Assembly: GCA_028286685.1 (NCBI GenBank) | Contig: JAQBRA010000002.1 | Location: forward strand, 129,073 to 193,072 | Length of the DNA stretch: 64,000 bases | Source: Candidatus Adlerbacteria bacterium | GTDB lineage: Bacteria; Patescibacteriota; Minisyncoccia; Phycocordibacterales; SBAW01 | Direction of reading: 5' to 3' | In this document: positions 46,457 through 55,209 of the stretch, one piece after another | How the letters are laid out: the number at the start of each line of letters is the position of its first letter | Position numbering within the stretch: position 1 is the first letter of the stretch | Made by a program: the position numbers and the translations under genes | The notes under the pieces: model-generated | The model's input: only the letters and a program-made list of their open reading frames with translations | Database searches by the model: none | Told to the model about the DNA's origin: nothing

Positions 46457-48625
46457 ATGGAGCTGTCAAAGCCGGTTACCGATTACTTCCGCCTCGTCGA
46501 CACGCAAAAGGCGGCGCTCGACCGGCTTGGTATAAAAACCGTGCGCGACCTGCTGCACCATTTCCCCACCCGATATGAGATAGCGGGCGAGGGCGCCGAG
46601 ATAGCCGGGCTGGTATCGGGCCAGGAGGCTTCAGTAGTAGGCACGCTGGAGAAGATGGAGGCCAAAAAAGGCTGGAAGTCGCGCATCCCCATGACCGAAG
46701 GCTACCTGCGCGATAACACCGGACGCATCAAATGCCGCTGGTTCAATCAGCCCTATATTTCCAAAATGTACGCCGAGGGCACCTTGGTCAAAGCGACCGG
46801 CAAGGTAACCGGGAGCGAAGGCAAGCTATACCTCGCCAACCCGCAGCTGGAAAAGGTGTCAGTAACCGAGAGCGCCCTGTTTGAGAAAGAAAAAGTCATC
46901 AATGCCGACTCCGGCGAGGAAGCGCACGAGCTGTTTGCGATCTATCCCGAAAGCCGCGGCACCACCAGCCTCTGGATGCGCCACGCGGTCGCCAAGTTCT
47001 TAACCCAAGAAGTGCTGGATCAGGTAGAGGATCCTATCCCTGCCGACCTGCTCAAGAGCTATCACTTGCCCACCTTGCGGACTGCACTGGTCTGGGTCCA
47101 TACGCCGCACAAATTGGCGCAGGCCGAGGCCGCCCGCAAGCGCTTCGCCTTCGAGGAAGTGTTTATGATCCAGCTGGAGCGCGGCCGCGAGCGGGCCCTG
47201 CAGGCCAAAGAAAAGAGCTTCGCGGTCGATGCACCCGAGCCCGAAGTCCAGAAATTTATAGACGACTTCCCTTTCGACGCGACCGACGCACAGATCGCAG
47301 CCATTGAGGCGATACTGACCGACATGCGTTCGGGCCGCCCCATGTCGCGGCTCTTGGAGGGCGACGTGGGCTCGGGCAAGACCGCGGTTGCGGCCACCGC
47401 CGCCTACGCCGCCGTGCGCACCCGGCCCGAGGGCCAGAAAAACGGCACGCTCCAAGTGGCTTACATGGCGCCCACGGAAATTCTGGCCAAGCAGCACTTC
47501 GAGTCGTTCATCGACTACTTCGAGCACTACCCTATCAACATAGGGCTTATTACCGGCTCGGGCTGCTTTAAATTCCCTTCCAAAATAAACAAAGATAAAT
47601 TTACGCCCATATCGCGCACGCAGCTCCTCAAGTGGGTAGCAGGCGGCGAGATACCGGTACTCATCGGCACGCACGCGCTCATACAAAAGAGCGTCGCCTT
47701 CAAGCACCTGGCGCTGGTCGTTATCGACGAGCAGCACCGCTTCGGCACCAATCAGCGCCGCATGCTTGCGCGCAAGGAGTCGCGGCTGCCGCACCTTCTG
47801 AGCATGACCGCCACGCCCATCCCGCGCACGCTGGCACTGACCGTGTACGGCGACCTCGATCTGACCCTGCTCGACCAGATGCCGCCGGGCCGCAAGCCAA
47901 TCATTACCGAGATAGTTAAGCCGGCCGAGCGCCCGAAAGCGTATGCGAAGATGCACGAGCAGCTGAAGGAAGGCCGCCAGGCGTACGTCATATGCCCGCG
48001 CATCGACGAGCCGGACCCGGACAAGGCCTTCGCGCTCCAGGCCAAGTCGGTTACCGCCGAGGCCAAGCGGCTCAAAAAGGATATCTTTCCGGAATACGAG
48101 ATAGAAATCCTGCACTCCAAGATGACGCCCAAGGAAAAGGACGACGTCATGGCAAGGTTCTCAAAGCACGAGGTAGATATACTGGTCGCCACCTCGGTGG
48201 TGGAAGTCGGCGTCAACGTGCCCAACGCCACGATGATATTCATAGAAGGCGCCGAGCGCTTCGGACTCTCGCAGCTCCACCAGCTGCGCGGCCGCGTGGT
48301 GCGCTCCAACCATCAGGCCTACTGCTTTGTCTGCCCCGAGTCCCGCGGCGAGTCGACACTCAAGCGTCTCAAAGCGCTCACGACCGCCAAGAACGGCTTC
48401 GAGCTCGCGGAGGCCGACCTGCTGCAGCGCGGACCCGGGGAACTCTCCGGCCGCAAGCAGTGGGGCATCTCCGACATCGGCATGGAGGCGCTGAAGAACC
48501 TCAAGCTGGTGGAGGCCGCCCGGCAAGAAGCCCGTCAGCTCATAAAGAAAGATGAGGCTCTCGCCCGCCATCCCCTCCTCTCCCGGGCGCTGGCTGCACG
48601 GGCATCACAGATGCATTTGGAGTAG
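46457..48625 (+). CDS. recG: ATP-dependent DNA helicase RecG
   Basis: ORF track, 722 aa. It has an N-terminal wedge domain and SF2 helicase motifs (GDVGSGKT, DEQHRFG). Confidence 0.95.
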   Translation: MELSKPVTDYFRLVDTQKAALDRLGIKTVRDLLHHFPTRYEIAGEGAEIAGLVSGQEASVVGTLEKMEAKKGWKSRIPMTEGYLRDNTGRIKCRWFNQPYISKMYAEGTLVKATGKVTGSEGKLYLANPQLEKVSVTESALFEKEKVINADSGEEAHELFAIYPESRGTTSLWMRHAVAKFLTQEVLDQVEDPIPADLLKSYHLPTLRTALVWVHTPHKLAQAEAARKRFAFEEVFMIQLERGRERALQAKEKSFAVDAPEPEVQKFIDDFPFDATDAQIAAIEAILTDMRSGRPMSRLLEGDVGSGKTAVAATAAYAAVRTRPEGQKNGTLQVAYMAPTEILAKQHFESFIDYFEHYPINIGLITGSGCFKFPSKINKDKFTPISRTQLLKWVAGGEIPVLIGTHALIQKSVAFKHLALVVIDEQHRFGTNQRRMLARKESRLPHLLSMTATPIPRTLALTVYGDLDLTLLDQMPPGRKPIITEIVKPAERPKAYAKMHEQLKEGRQAYVICPRIDEPDPDKAFALQAKSVTAEAKRLKKDIFPEYEIEILHSKMTPKEKDDVMARFSKHEVDILVATSVVEVGVNVPNATMIFIEGAERFGLSQLHQLRGRVVRSNHQAYCFVCPESRGESTLKRLKALTTAKNGFELAEADLLQRGPGELSGRKQWGISDIGMEALKNLKLVEAARQEARQLIKKDEALARHPLLSRALAARASQMHLE

Positions 48626-48649
48626 GAGTGCGCTATATTTGGCATCATC

Positions 48650-48721
48650 GGGCGCGTAGCTCAGTGGTAGAGCCGTCGTCTTATACACGACTGGTCGCAG
48701 GTTCGATCCCTGCCGCGCCCA
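48650..48721 (+). tRNA. tRNA-Ile (anticodon UAU)
   Basis: GGGCGCGTAGCTCAGTGGTAGAGCCGTCGTCTTATACACGACTGGTCGCAGGTTCGATCCCTGCCGCGCCCA has a perfect 7-bp acceptor stem and anticodon stem GTCGT/ACGAC with loop CT-TAT-AC. Confidence 0.8.
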
Positions 48722-48864
48722 CAAAAGACACTAGCACCTGCCCTGCGGCAGGTGTTGTGCTTTTGTGGGAGGGGTTTTTCTTATCCACTCATTAAAATTT
48801 AAGGATTAGGTGCTACTATCTAATTTTAGAGATCTCCTGTTCCACTGCATACAGCGAGGCGCCC

Positions 48865-49068
48865 ATGCCATTGGAAATCGACTACACCCTTGAGCGCACC
48901 CACCGCAGGAACATCACTGCCGCAAAAGAGCTCGGCCTTTCCTTCAATAAGGATCTGAACGGCTTTGCCGACAAGGCCGGCAAGCTCGTCGGATGCGGAT
49001 ACGACGAATCGAACGACCGGCGCTGGGGGCACCTTAGTCCCAGCGACGTGGTGAACTGCCACCGCTAA
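48865..49068 (+). CDS. hypothetical small soluble protein (67 aa)
   Basis: ORF track. It is followed 14 nt later by a strong terminator. The competing antisense ORF 48826-49233 is rejected. Confidence 0.55.
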   Translation: MPLEIDYTLERTHRRNITAAKELGLSFNKDLNGFADKAGKLVGCGYDESNDRRWGHLSPSDVVNCHR

Positions 49069-49081
49069 AGAGCAACAAAGA

Positions 49082-49114
49082 ATCCCCGACCGAAAGGCCG
49101 GGGATGTTTCTTTT
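49082..49114 (+). terminator. terminator atccccgaccGAAAggccggggat + T-run
   Basis: A 10-bp stem with one mismatch, followed by tttcttttctc. Confidence 0.75.
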
Positions 49115-49170
49115 CTCGGGCTTCTGTTAGAGTACCAGCAGCCCAGGATCCCTCTATAGAGGAGTGTTTC

Positions 49171-49350
49171 GTGTACAAAGAACAGGTAGCAAGACTGTTT
49201 GACCAGTGGGACCAGATACTCCCGAACTGGCACCTATACATGGCGGCGCTTTGCTTTAGCATAGCTGCAGTCTTATACGTAAAATTAGTCCGCGTGAAAA
49301 AAGTTCCTGCAAAACAAGCCGAGCGCACCGCCGAAGAAGCCGGAGAGTAG
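49171..49350 (+). CDS. possible very small membrane protein
   Basis: A GTG/ATG frame encodes ...HLYMAALCFSIAAVLYVKLVRVKKVPAKQAERTAEEAGE. It is flanked by the two inverted hairpin copies. Confidence 0.25.
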   Translation: MYKEQVARLFDQWDQILPNWHLYMAALCFSIAAVLYVKLVRVKKVPAKQAERTAEEAGE

Positions 49351-49430
49351 GCGTATTGTATTTTCCAAGCCGGAGACCTGAAAGAGATGCAGCTCCCCGA
49401 CTCAGCCTGACAACCAGCGCAGATTAAAAA

Positions 49431-49460
49431 ATCCCCGGCCTTTCGGTCAGGGATTTTTCT
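49431..49460. terminator. bidirectional terminator atccccggccTTTCggtcagggat with A/T flanks (3' of ftsH)
   Basis: Its sequence is the reverse complement of the 49082-49105 hairpin, with one mismatch. Confidence 0.7.
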
Positions 49461-49468
49461 TTTTCCTG

Positions 49469-51409
49469 TTAAACGAGCGGCTGGTGCTCTATGTCCTGCT
49501 TCTTTTTGGGGGTGACGCCGCCGGCGATGAGGATCTTTTCGAACTCCTCGCGCTCCAGGGTTTCCTTTTCTACCAGCACCTCCGCAATGGTGTTAAGCAG
49601 CGGGCGGTGCTTGGTAATGATGTCGAGCGCCTTTGCGTATGCCTCGTCGATTATCAGCTTTACCTCGACGTCTATTTCCGACGAGATCTTCTCGGAGTAC
49701 TCCTTGCCGTCTACTCCGCCGCCAAACAGCGCGCGGCCGCCGTCGCCTTCAAGGGCCACGGTGCCCATCTTGTCGGACATGCCATAGCGGGTAACCATGG
49801 CGCGCGCGAGCGAGGTCAGCACCTGCAAGTCGTTAGAAGGGCCGGTCGTAATATCGCCAAAGACCTCTTTTTCGGCAATATAGCCGCCCAAAGACATGGC
49901 AATATCGTCGAGGAACTCCTTCTTGCTCTGCATCTTCTTGTCCTCAAACGGGAGCTTGAGCGTATAGCCGGCAGCGCGGCCACGCGAGATTATCGAAATC
50001 TTGTGGACCGGGTCGGCGTACGGCAAGACCGATGCAACCAGCGCATGGCCGGCCTCGTGGTAGGCAGTAATCTCTTTTTCTTTCTTATTCAAAACATGCG
50101 ACTTGCGCTCCGGTCCGAGCATGACCTTCTCAATCGAGCGGATGAGGTCGTACTGCGCGACCGTCTTGCGGCCCTCGCGCGCAGCCAAGATAGCGCCCTC
50201 GTTCATGAGCGAGAAGAGGTCAGCGCCCGAGAAGCCCGGCGTGCGCTCGGCAATAACCTCTAGATTGATATCCTCGGCCAGGGGCTTCTTGCGAGCATGC
50301 ACCTGGAGAATCGCCAAGCGGTCGCCGCGGTCCGGAAGGTCGATAGTGACGCGGCGGTCGAAGCGGCCCGGGCGCAAAAGGGCCGGGTCCAAAACGTCAG
50401 GGCGGTTGGTGGCAGCCATAACGATAACCTTCTCGTTGGGCTCAAAACCGTCCATCTCGACGAGTATCTGGTTAAGGGTCTGCTCGCGCTCATCGTTGCC
50501 GCCCCCTACCCCGGTGCCGCGCACGCGGCCCACAGCATCGATCTCATCGACGAAAATAATCGCGGGCGCCGCCTTCTTGGCAGTCAGGAAGAGGTCGCGC
50601 ACGCGGGAGGCACCCACGCCCACGAACATCTCAACGAACTCCGATCCGGAAATAGACATAAACGGCACGCCCGCCTCGCCAGCGACTGCGCGAGCCAGCA
50701 AGGTCTTGCCGGTACCCGGCGCACCCATGAGCAGAATGCCCTTCGGGATGCGTGCGCCGATGTCGAGGAATTTCTTCGGGTTCTTTAAAAAGTCGACGAT
50801 TTCCAAAAGCTCCTCCTTGGCTTCCTTAGCACCCGCCACATCCTTAAACGTGATGCGCGTCTCGCTGTCGTTGGGGTCCTGGATGCGCGGCTTGCTTTGG
50901 CCGAACGAGAACGCCTGCATGCCCGCGCCCTTCACTTGGCGCGACAGGTACCAGACAAAGAATGCAATAAGGAGTATTGGAGCCAGGAACGGAGCCAAAG
51001 CTTGGAGCCAGAACTGGAAGGAGCTCTCGCGCTTGATGTCGATAGACACGCGGTCGAGCGCCTCCTTGGCAACGCCGTAATTGGCCAGGGTTTCGGTCAG
51101 ACCCGACTCGGCCTCTTTCTTGGACTTCTTCTCGGTCTGGTCCGCATAGGTCACGGCCAAGTCGTCGCCGTCGACCACTATCTTAGTGATGATCCCCGCG
51201 CTCATGTCTTGAGCCAATTGGGAAATAGCAATCTCCTCCGGCTTTTCCTGGGTATCTCCGGCCAGGTAGCTGTACGCGCCGGCGAACATTAAAAGGAGCA
51301 GCACGGAGACGCCTAGGTTTATCCAGAAAGAGTCCCCTTGCGGGAGCTGGGGAATATTAGAGCGCTTTGGGCGCTTGCCCGTGGGCAGGTCTTTTGGTGT
51401 CTCGGCCAT
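49469..51409 (-). CDS. ftsH: ATP-dependent zinc metalloprotease FtsH
   Basis: ORF track, 646 aa. It has two TM helices, an AAA module (GPPGTGKT) and HEAGH. Confidence 0.95.
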   Translation of the reverse strand: MAETPKDLPTGKRPKRSNIPQLPQGDSFWINLGVSVLLLLMFAGAYSYLAGDTQEKPEEIAISQLAQDMSAGIITKIVVDGDDLAVTYADQTEKKSKKEAESGLTETLANYGVAKEALDRVSIDIKRESSFQFWLQALAPFLAPILLIAFFVWYLSRQVKGAGMQAFSFGQSKPRIQDPNDSETRITFKDVAGAKEAKEELLEIVDFLKNPKKFLDIGARIPKGILLMGAPGTGKTLLARAVAGEAGVPFMSISGSEFVEMFVGVGASRVRDLFLTAKKAAPAIIFVDEIDAVGRVRGTGVGGGNDEREQTLNQILVEMDGFEPNEKVIVMAATNRPDVLDPALLRPGRFDRRVTIDLPDRGDRLAILQVHARKKPLAEDINLEVIAERTPGFSGADLFSLMNEGAILAAREGRKTVAQYDLIRSIEKVMLGPERKSHVLNKKEKEITAYHEAGHALVASVLPYADPVHKISIISRGRAAGYTLKLPFEDKKMQSKKEFLDDIAMSLGGYIAEKEVFGDITTGPSNDLQVLTSLARAMVTRYGMSDKMGTVALEGDGGRALFGGGVDGKEYSEKISSEIDVEVKLIIDEAYAKALDIITKHRPLLNTIAEVLVEKETLEREEFEKILIAGGVTPKKKQDIEHQPLV

Positions 51410-51466
51410 GTGACCTTAATACTAGCATTTGCATGAATATTTGGCGAAATGCGGTAGAGTAACTGC

Positions 51467-51910
51467 ATGTCTCTCATAGAGCATAAAAAGGCCAGGCTTA
51501 ACTACGAAATACTCGAGGAATTCGAGGCGGGCTTGGAATTGCTGGGCCACGAAGTTAAGAGCCTGCGCGCGGGCCAGGGCAAATTGGAGGGCAGCCACGC
51601 GATTGTCCGCGGTGGCGAGGCCTATATCGTAGGCATGCACATCCCTCCCTACCAGGCTAAGAACACTCCGGCCGACTACGATCCTGACCGTTCGCGCCGA
51701 CTCCTTCTTACTAAGAAAGAGCTGCAGCAATTGGCTGATTACGAGTCGCAGAAGGGCTTGACAATAGTGCCGCTTAAGGTGTATAATAAAGGAAGGAATT
51801 TGAAGGTGCTCGTGGCTGCGGCGAAGGGCCGTAAGGAATACGACAAGCGCGCCGTCCTGAAAGAAAGGGACTCCAAGCGCGAGATTGAAAGGACTTTGAA
51901 AAATCAATAA
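51467..51910 (+). CDS. smpB: SsrA-binding protein
   Basis: ORF track, 147 aa with a typical SmpB sequence. Confidence 0.95.
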   Translation: MSLIEHKKARLNYEILEEFEAGLELLGHEVKSLRAGQGKLEGSHAIVRGGEAYIVGMHIPPYQAKNTPADYDPDRSRRLLLTKKELQQLADYESQKGLTIVPLKVYNKGRNLKVLVAAAKGRKEYDKRAVLKERDSKREIERTLKNQ

Positions 51911-51972
51911 AGACGAGTGCCTAAATGTGGCACTGCGTAACAAACAGACACAAGGAAGGAAGGGGCTCTGTC

Positions 51973-52587
51973 ATGCTTGAAACCGGAATTGATACCGACC
52001 GCTTTTCTGGCCCTATGTTGTTCGGAATCGAGAACTACGATCCGTCGCGGATTCCCAAGCCGCGTTACCCGGCAGATCCAAGCATCCTCGATATGTCGCC
52101 GATCCAGATAAAGGAGCGGCGACGCAAAGAGGTGCATGCCCTGCTCGCCATGGGCCCGTACTACCGCAAGGCGCCGCCGGAACCTCTGGCCGTTCGTATC
52201 AATGACCGCCACAAGCGCGTTGACGTGTGGGGCCGCTCCCGGTGCCACATAGGCACCGCCGACGACATCAGGACGGTCGCTGGCGACGACGACCTTTCCA
52301 ACCACCTCTACATCGCCGACGACCTGTACTTGCGGGCTACTGGAATGACTCATCCCCTGTCCGACACATACAAAGCGGAGGAGGCGGAGCATTACGTCGG
52401 CGAGATAGACGGAGAAAATCTCAAAAAGTACAGCGAATCTGCCGTTACTGAAAGCGCCGACGAACTGGATGCTCTTCCGCCGGGAGTCCTATATTCTACG
52501 GACTCTGTCCGGCATCGCCTGAACGTCGTAAATATGGAGAAGCGGAGACTAAGGAAAATAAAACGAAGGAAGGAGAAAAAGCTCTGA
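51973..52587 (+). CDS. hypothetical protein
   Basis: ORF track 51925-52587. ATG at 51973 has a GGAAGGAAGGGG Shine-Dalgarno-like stretch upstream. The C-terminus is basic. Confidence 0.5.
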   Translation: MLETGIDTDRFSGPMLFGIENYDPSRIPKPRYPADPSILDMSPIQIKERRRKEVHALLAMGPYYRKAPPEPLAVRINDRHKRVDVWGRSRCHIGTADDIRTVAGDDDLSNHLYIADDLYLRATGMTHPLSDTYKAEEAEHYVGEIDGENLKKYSESAVTESADELDALPPGVLYSTDSVRHRLNVVNMEKRRLRKIKRRKEKKL

Positions 52588-52738
52588 ACATTACGCAACC
52601 ACCTGGAGAAGGCGCGGCACGCTAAGACTCTGTCTTACTGCCCGCCTTCTCCCCACATTTAGGCACTTGTCGCACTCGTTTGTTTTTCTGGCATTCATGC
52701 ATAGCATCGCTCCCCTTTTTATTGGAGAGGTGTTATAC

Positions 52739-53113
52739 GGGGATGCCAGGCTTAGACAATGAGAATGCTTGCTTGATGCGCGAAGTAGCAGTGGGAATCT
52801 GCTTAAAAATATCCCAAAACATAACTGCAAAAACAGTTGCATCGCCGTACTTTTCGGCGAACCAGTTCGCTTTCGCTTACGCCAAAGCGTAACTGGCATC
52901 CTCCTATCCTCGCCTGATGGATAGGTCCGGGTGTTATAAACCGGGCTATAGCTGGTGGCCGTAATCCATCCTCCAGCCGAACAATGGATTTGCAGATATA
53001 CAGTATTTGGTTTGCTTTACAGCTGTATACCTAAAGAAACTCAAAGCAAACTACACTTCGTAGAAGCTCTCGCAGCACCTTATTGCACGGCGGTTCAATT
53101 CCGCCCATCTCCA
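52739..53113 (+). ncRNA. ssrA: tmRNA (ssrA), one-piece
   Basis: The 5' GGGGATGCCAGGCTTAGACAA pairs with the 3' ...GGCGG-TTCAATT-CCGCC-CATCTCC-A, giving a T-arm plus 7-bp acceptor stem with one G-U. A tag-like frame GCA AAA ... GCC AAA GCG TAA (52827-52892) encodes AKTVASPYFSANQFAFAYAKA. It lies downstream of smpB. Confidence 0.6.
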
Positions 53114-53125
53114 CAAGTAGCACAG

Positions 53126-53145
53126 CCCGCCTTTCGGCGGGTTTT
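53126..53145 (+). terminator. terminator cccgccTTTCggcggg + tttt directly after ssrA
   Basis: The hairpin is embedded in a longer inverted repeat, ccacaagtagcaca (53111-53124) with tgtgctacttgtgg (53145-53158). Confidence 0.7.
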
Positions 53146-53273
53146 GTGCTACTTGTGGAAGAAATGGGAGCAAGCGAAGCTTGCGGCGGAATTGAACGGG
53201 CGCAGCGATGTTTTGCACTGGCAAAACCGCGAGCCGGGGTCGCGAGCGACTTTGCTGACGAGCAAAGTCGACT

Positions 53274-53297
53274 GGTGACTCAATCGCCCATCTCCAC
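53274..53297 (+). repeat. degenerate direct repeat of the ssrA 3' end (att-like)
   Basis: ggtgactcaatcgcccatctccac is compared with the ssrA 3' end ggcggttcaattccgcccatctccac. It is followed by a hairpin gcgcccaCTTtgggcgt plus a T-run (53312-53337). Confidence 0.6.
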
Positions 53298-53357
53298 CTG
53301 TTAAAACATTAGCGCCCACTTTGGGCGTTTTTGTTTTACAAGAGCTATTTACGCAGT

Positions 53358-53888
53358 ATGCGAGATACGCTATGGTGTCACCAGATCGGGCATCCGCCCA
53401 AAGCACAAAACTCCAAGGAGAGCACCGTGGATGCAATTGCCCGGATCATAAAGATCATTGAACTGCCCCACGGCGATGCGCCGGAATGGGTGCGTAGAGG
53501 ATGGATCGGATGCGAGATACCTTGCAAAGGGCTCGAGTGCGGACACATACCCGTGTATGTGCACAGCGTTGTTCCGCGCCTGACCCGCGGCCCGCTTACG
53601 GTTCCCGAATTTCTCGCGCTCCCCAAAGAGCAGAAAATCGACGGCTACACGGTCAACCAAGCCGATGCGCTTATGGCGCTCGAAGCCCACAACCCGGCAG
53701 CGGCCAAATGGTGGAAAGATCACGGGTTCCCTAAGAAAGGCAAGGGCAAGGACGGCTTCCGCTTCAAGCTCTCAGAAGTGAAAGTGGTCGAAGCTTATAC
53801 AGAAGAAGAACTAATGAAGCTTGGCGTTACCCTAAACCGCTACGACGACATGGAACGGGGCACTACGCGCCCTGTTGATCAAAAATAG
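53358..53888 (+). CDS. hypothetical protein
   Basis: ORF track 53331-53888 (TTG start). The first in-frame ATG is at 53358. There is no recognisable family. Confidence 0.4.
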   Translation: MRDTLWCHQIGHPPKAQNSKESTVDAIARIIKIIELPHGDAPEWVRRGWIGCEIPCKGLECGHIPVYVHSVVPRLTRGPLTVPEFLALPKEQKIDGYTVNQADALMALEAHNPAAAKWWKDHGFPKKGKGKDGFRFKLSEVKVVEAYTEEELMKLGVTLNRYDDMERGTTRPVDQK

Positions 53889-53922
53889 AAGTGACTAAAG
53901 CCCCGGCCTGCGTGCCAAGGCT

Positions 53923-54366
53923 TTATTTTTTCTTTGCTTTCTTCTGCTCGAAGTTCTTTACATGCTCGTGGTACTGGTGATAATCGGCGGTAAGCTCCTC
54001 CCCTTTTTTAATTGCGCGAGCGGTAACAAACACCTCGCCATCGTTCTTCGTTACCATGTTCGCCTTCTTGGAGTGATTTAAAAAGTACGACTTGTCTATC
54101 GCATCCATGCCGTAGTCGGGCACGAAATACACGCCATCCTGCAGCGCGCAAAAATCGCGCACGAGCTGCTTGCTCTCCTCAGGCGCGTCGCTCGCCTCAA
54201 GCTCTACCTCCGGAATCTCGAGCACATCCCCGCCTGGGTCGCAGTGCTTAAACGGGTCAACGCCTTTGGGTATCGGCCGTATGGCGACCACCCCTACCCC
54301 GTGGCGCGTAACGGCAAGCCGGCAATAGACGTCATTGAGCGATTTTAAAAATTGCTTCTTGTTCAT
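53923..54366 (-). CDS. SET-domain protein (putative protein-lysine methyltransferase)
   Basis: ORF track, 147 aa. The RHGVGVVA (GxG), FLNHSKKAN (NHSxxxN) and GEELTADY (ELTxDY) motifs occur in SET-domain order, and the C-terminus is Lys-rich. Confidence 0.7.
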   Translation of the reverse strand: MNKKQFLKSLNDVYCRLAVTRHGVGVVAIRPIPKGVDPFKHCDPGGDVLEIPEVELEASDAPEESKQLVRDFCALQDGVYFVPDYGMDAIDKSYFLNHSKKANMVTKNDGEVFVTARAIKKGEELTADYHQYHEHVKNFEQKKAKKK

Positions 54367-54372
54367 AGAGGA

Positions 54373-54720
54373 CTACCCGTGCGTGCGCAGATTGCGGACC
54401 AGGAGAGCGGCACCGCTTAAAAGCATGAACAGATACAGAGGCCAAACGGCGACAATGAGCCACGGTGCAGAAACTACCCACACCAAGGCAGCAAGCGCGA
54501 ACAAAAGCAGCGCGCCGGAGGAAACATGCATGTAAAAGAGCGGGCCGCGCGGGAGCGTGTATCCCATGCGTACGCGCAGCTCCATAAGGCAGACAATGCA
54601 AAGGAGCAACATGAGAGCTGCGCCGTAGCTGCTCGTCCACAAGCTCCACGCCACTGCAGCCGCCAAAAAAGGCGCGAGCGCGGCGGCAACAAAGGCTCCT
54701 CGGGCATAGATGCTATCCAT
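54373..54720 (-). CDS. hypothetical integral membrane protein
   Basis: ORF track, 115 aa with 4 TM helices. Confidence 0.55.
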   Translation of the reverse strand: MDSIYARGAFVAAALAPFLAAAVAWSLWTSSYGAALMLLLCIVCLMELRVRMGYTLPRGPLFYMHVSSGALLLFALAALVWVVSAPWLIVAVWPLYLFMLLSGAALLVRNLRTHG

Positions 54721-54771
54721 CGCTTCTTACTATATAGTGTTTACTAGATTCATTACAGAAAGGACGTTGCA

Positions 54772-55167
54772 ATGGACCCGAAGTTCCTACCTTTGTACGG
54801 AATCATCCCGCTCATAGGGATGATCGGCTACGTCGTGTATAACGGCCGCGCGTACCGTATCGTTAACGACCCACTGATGCTTGATAGGCATCGGGGCGGC
54901 ATCAACTGCGTGACATGGCTCATGGTGCTGGCCATATGTCTCCTTGAGTTCGCCGTACAGACAGGGCCGCACACGCCGCTCTCGCCGCTTTTTTGGTGGG
55001 TTCATCTCCCGCTCGTCGTAGCATTTGCTGTACTCGCTCTTGCCGTACGCTTTGTCTACAACGGCCACAAAAGCGCCTCGCACGGCACGCTTGCCTATGT
55101 GTGCCTCGCACTCTTCGGGGCCGTCGCAGTTACTGGCAGCGTTCTTTGGTACCAGCGATTCATGTAG
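54772..55167 (+). CDS. hypothetical integral membrane protein
   Basis: ORF track, 131 aa with 4 TM helices. It is divergent from the preceding gene. Confidence 0.55.
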   Translation: MDPKFLPLYGIIPLIGMIGYVVYNGRAYRIVNDPLMLDRHRGGINCVTWLMVLAICLLEFAVQTGPHTPLSPLFWWVHLPLVVAFAVLALAVRFVYNGHKSASHGTLAYVCLALFGAVAVTGSVLWYQRFM

Positions 55168-55209
55168 CACAACTGATCCCGGCCGCGTACGCGCGGCCGG
55201 GATTTCCAT

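Noticed and set aside
48826-49233. ORF 48826-49233 (-, 135 aa)
   Set aside because: It is antisense to the better-supported plus-strand ORF 48865-49068, which is followed by a strong terminator. It has no start context.
52680-52892. ORF 52680-52892 (+, 70 aa, TTG start)
   Set aside because: It coincides with the 5' part of the inferred tmRNA, and its C-terminal 20 codons are the likely tag reading frame. It is not considered an independent protein gene.
52739-53300. Two-piece (circularly permuted) tmRNA, suggested by two CATCTCCAC-ending T-arm-like segments
   Set aside because: The first T-arm/acceptor lies downstream of the GGGG 5' end at the distance expected for a standard one-piece tmRNA and pairs with it. 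The second copy has a degraded T-stem and is better explained as an att-like duplication.
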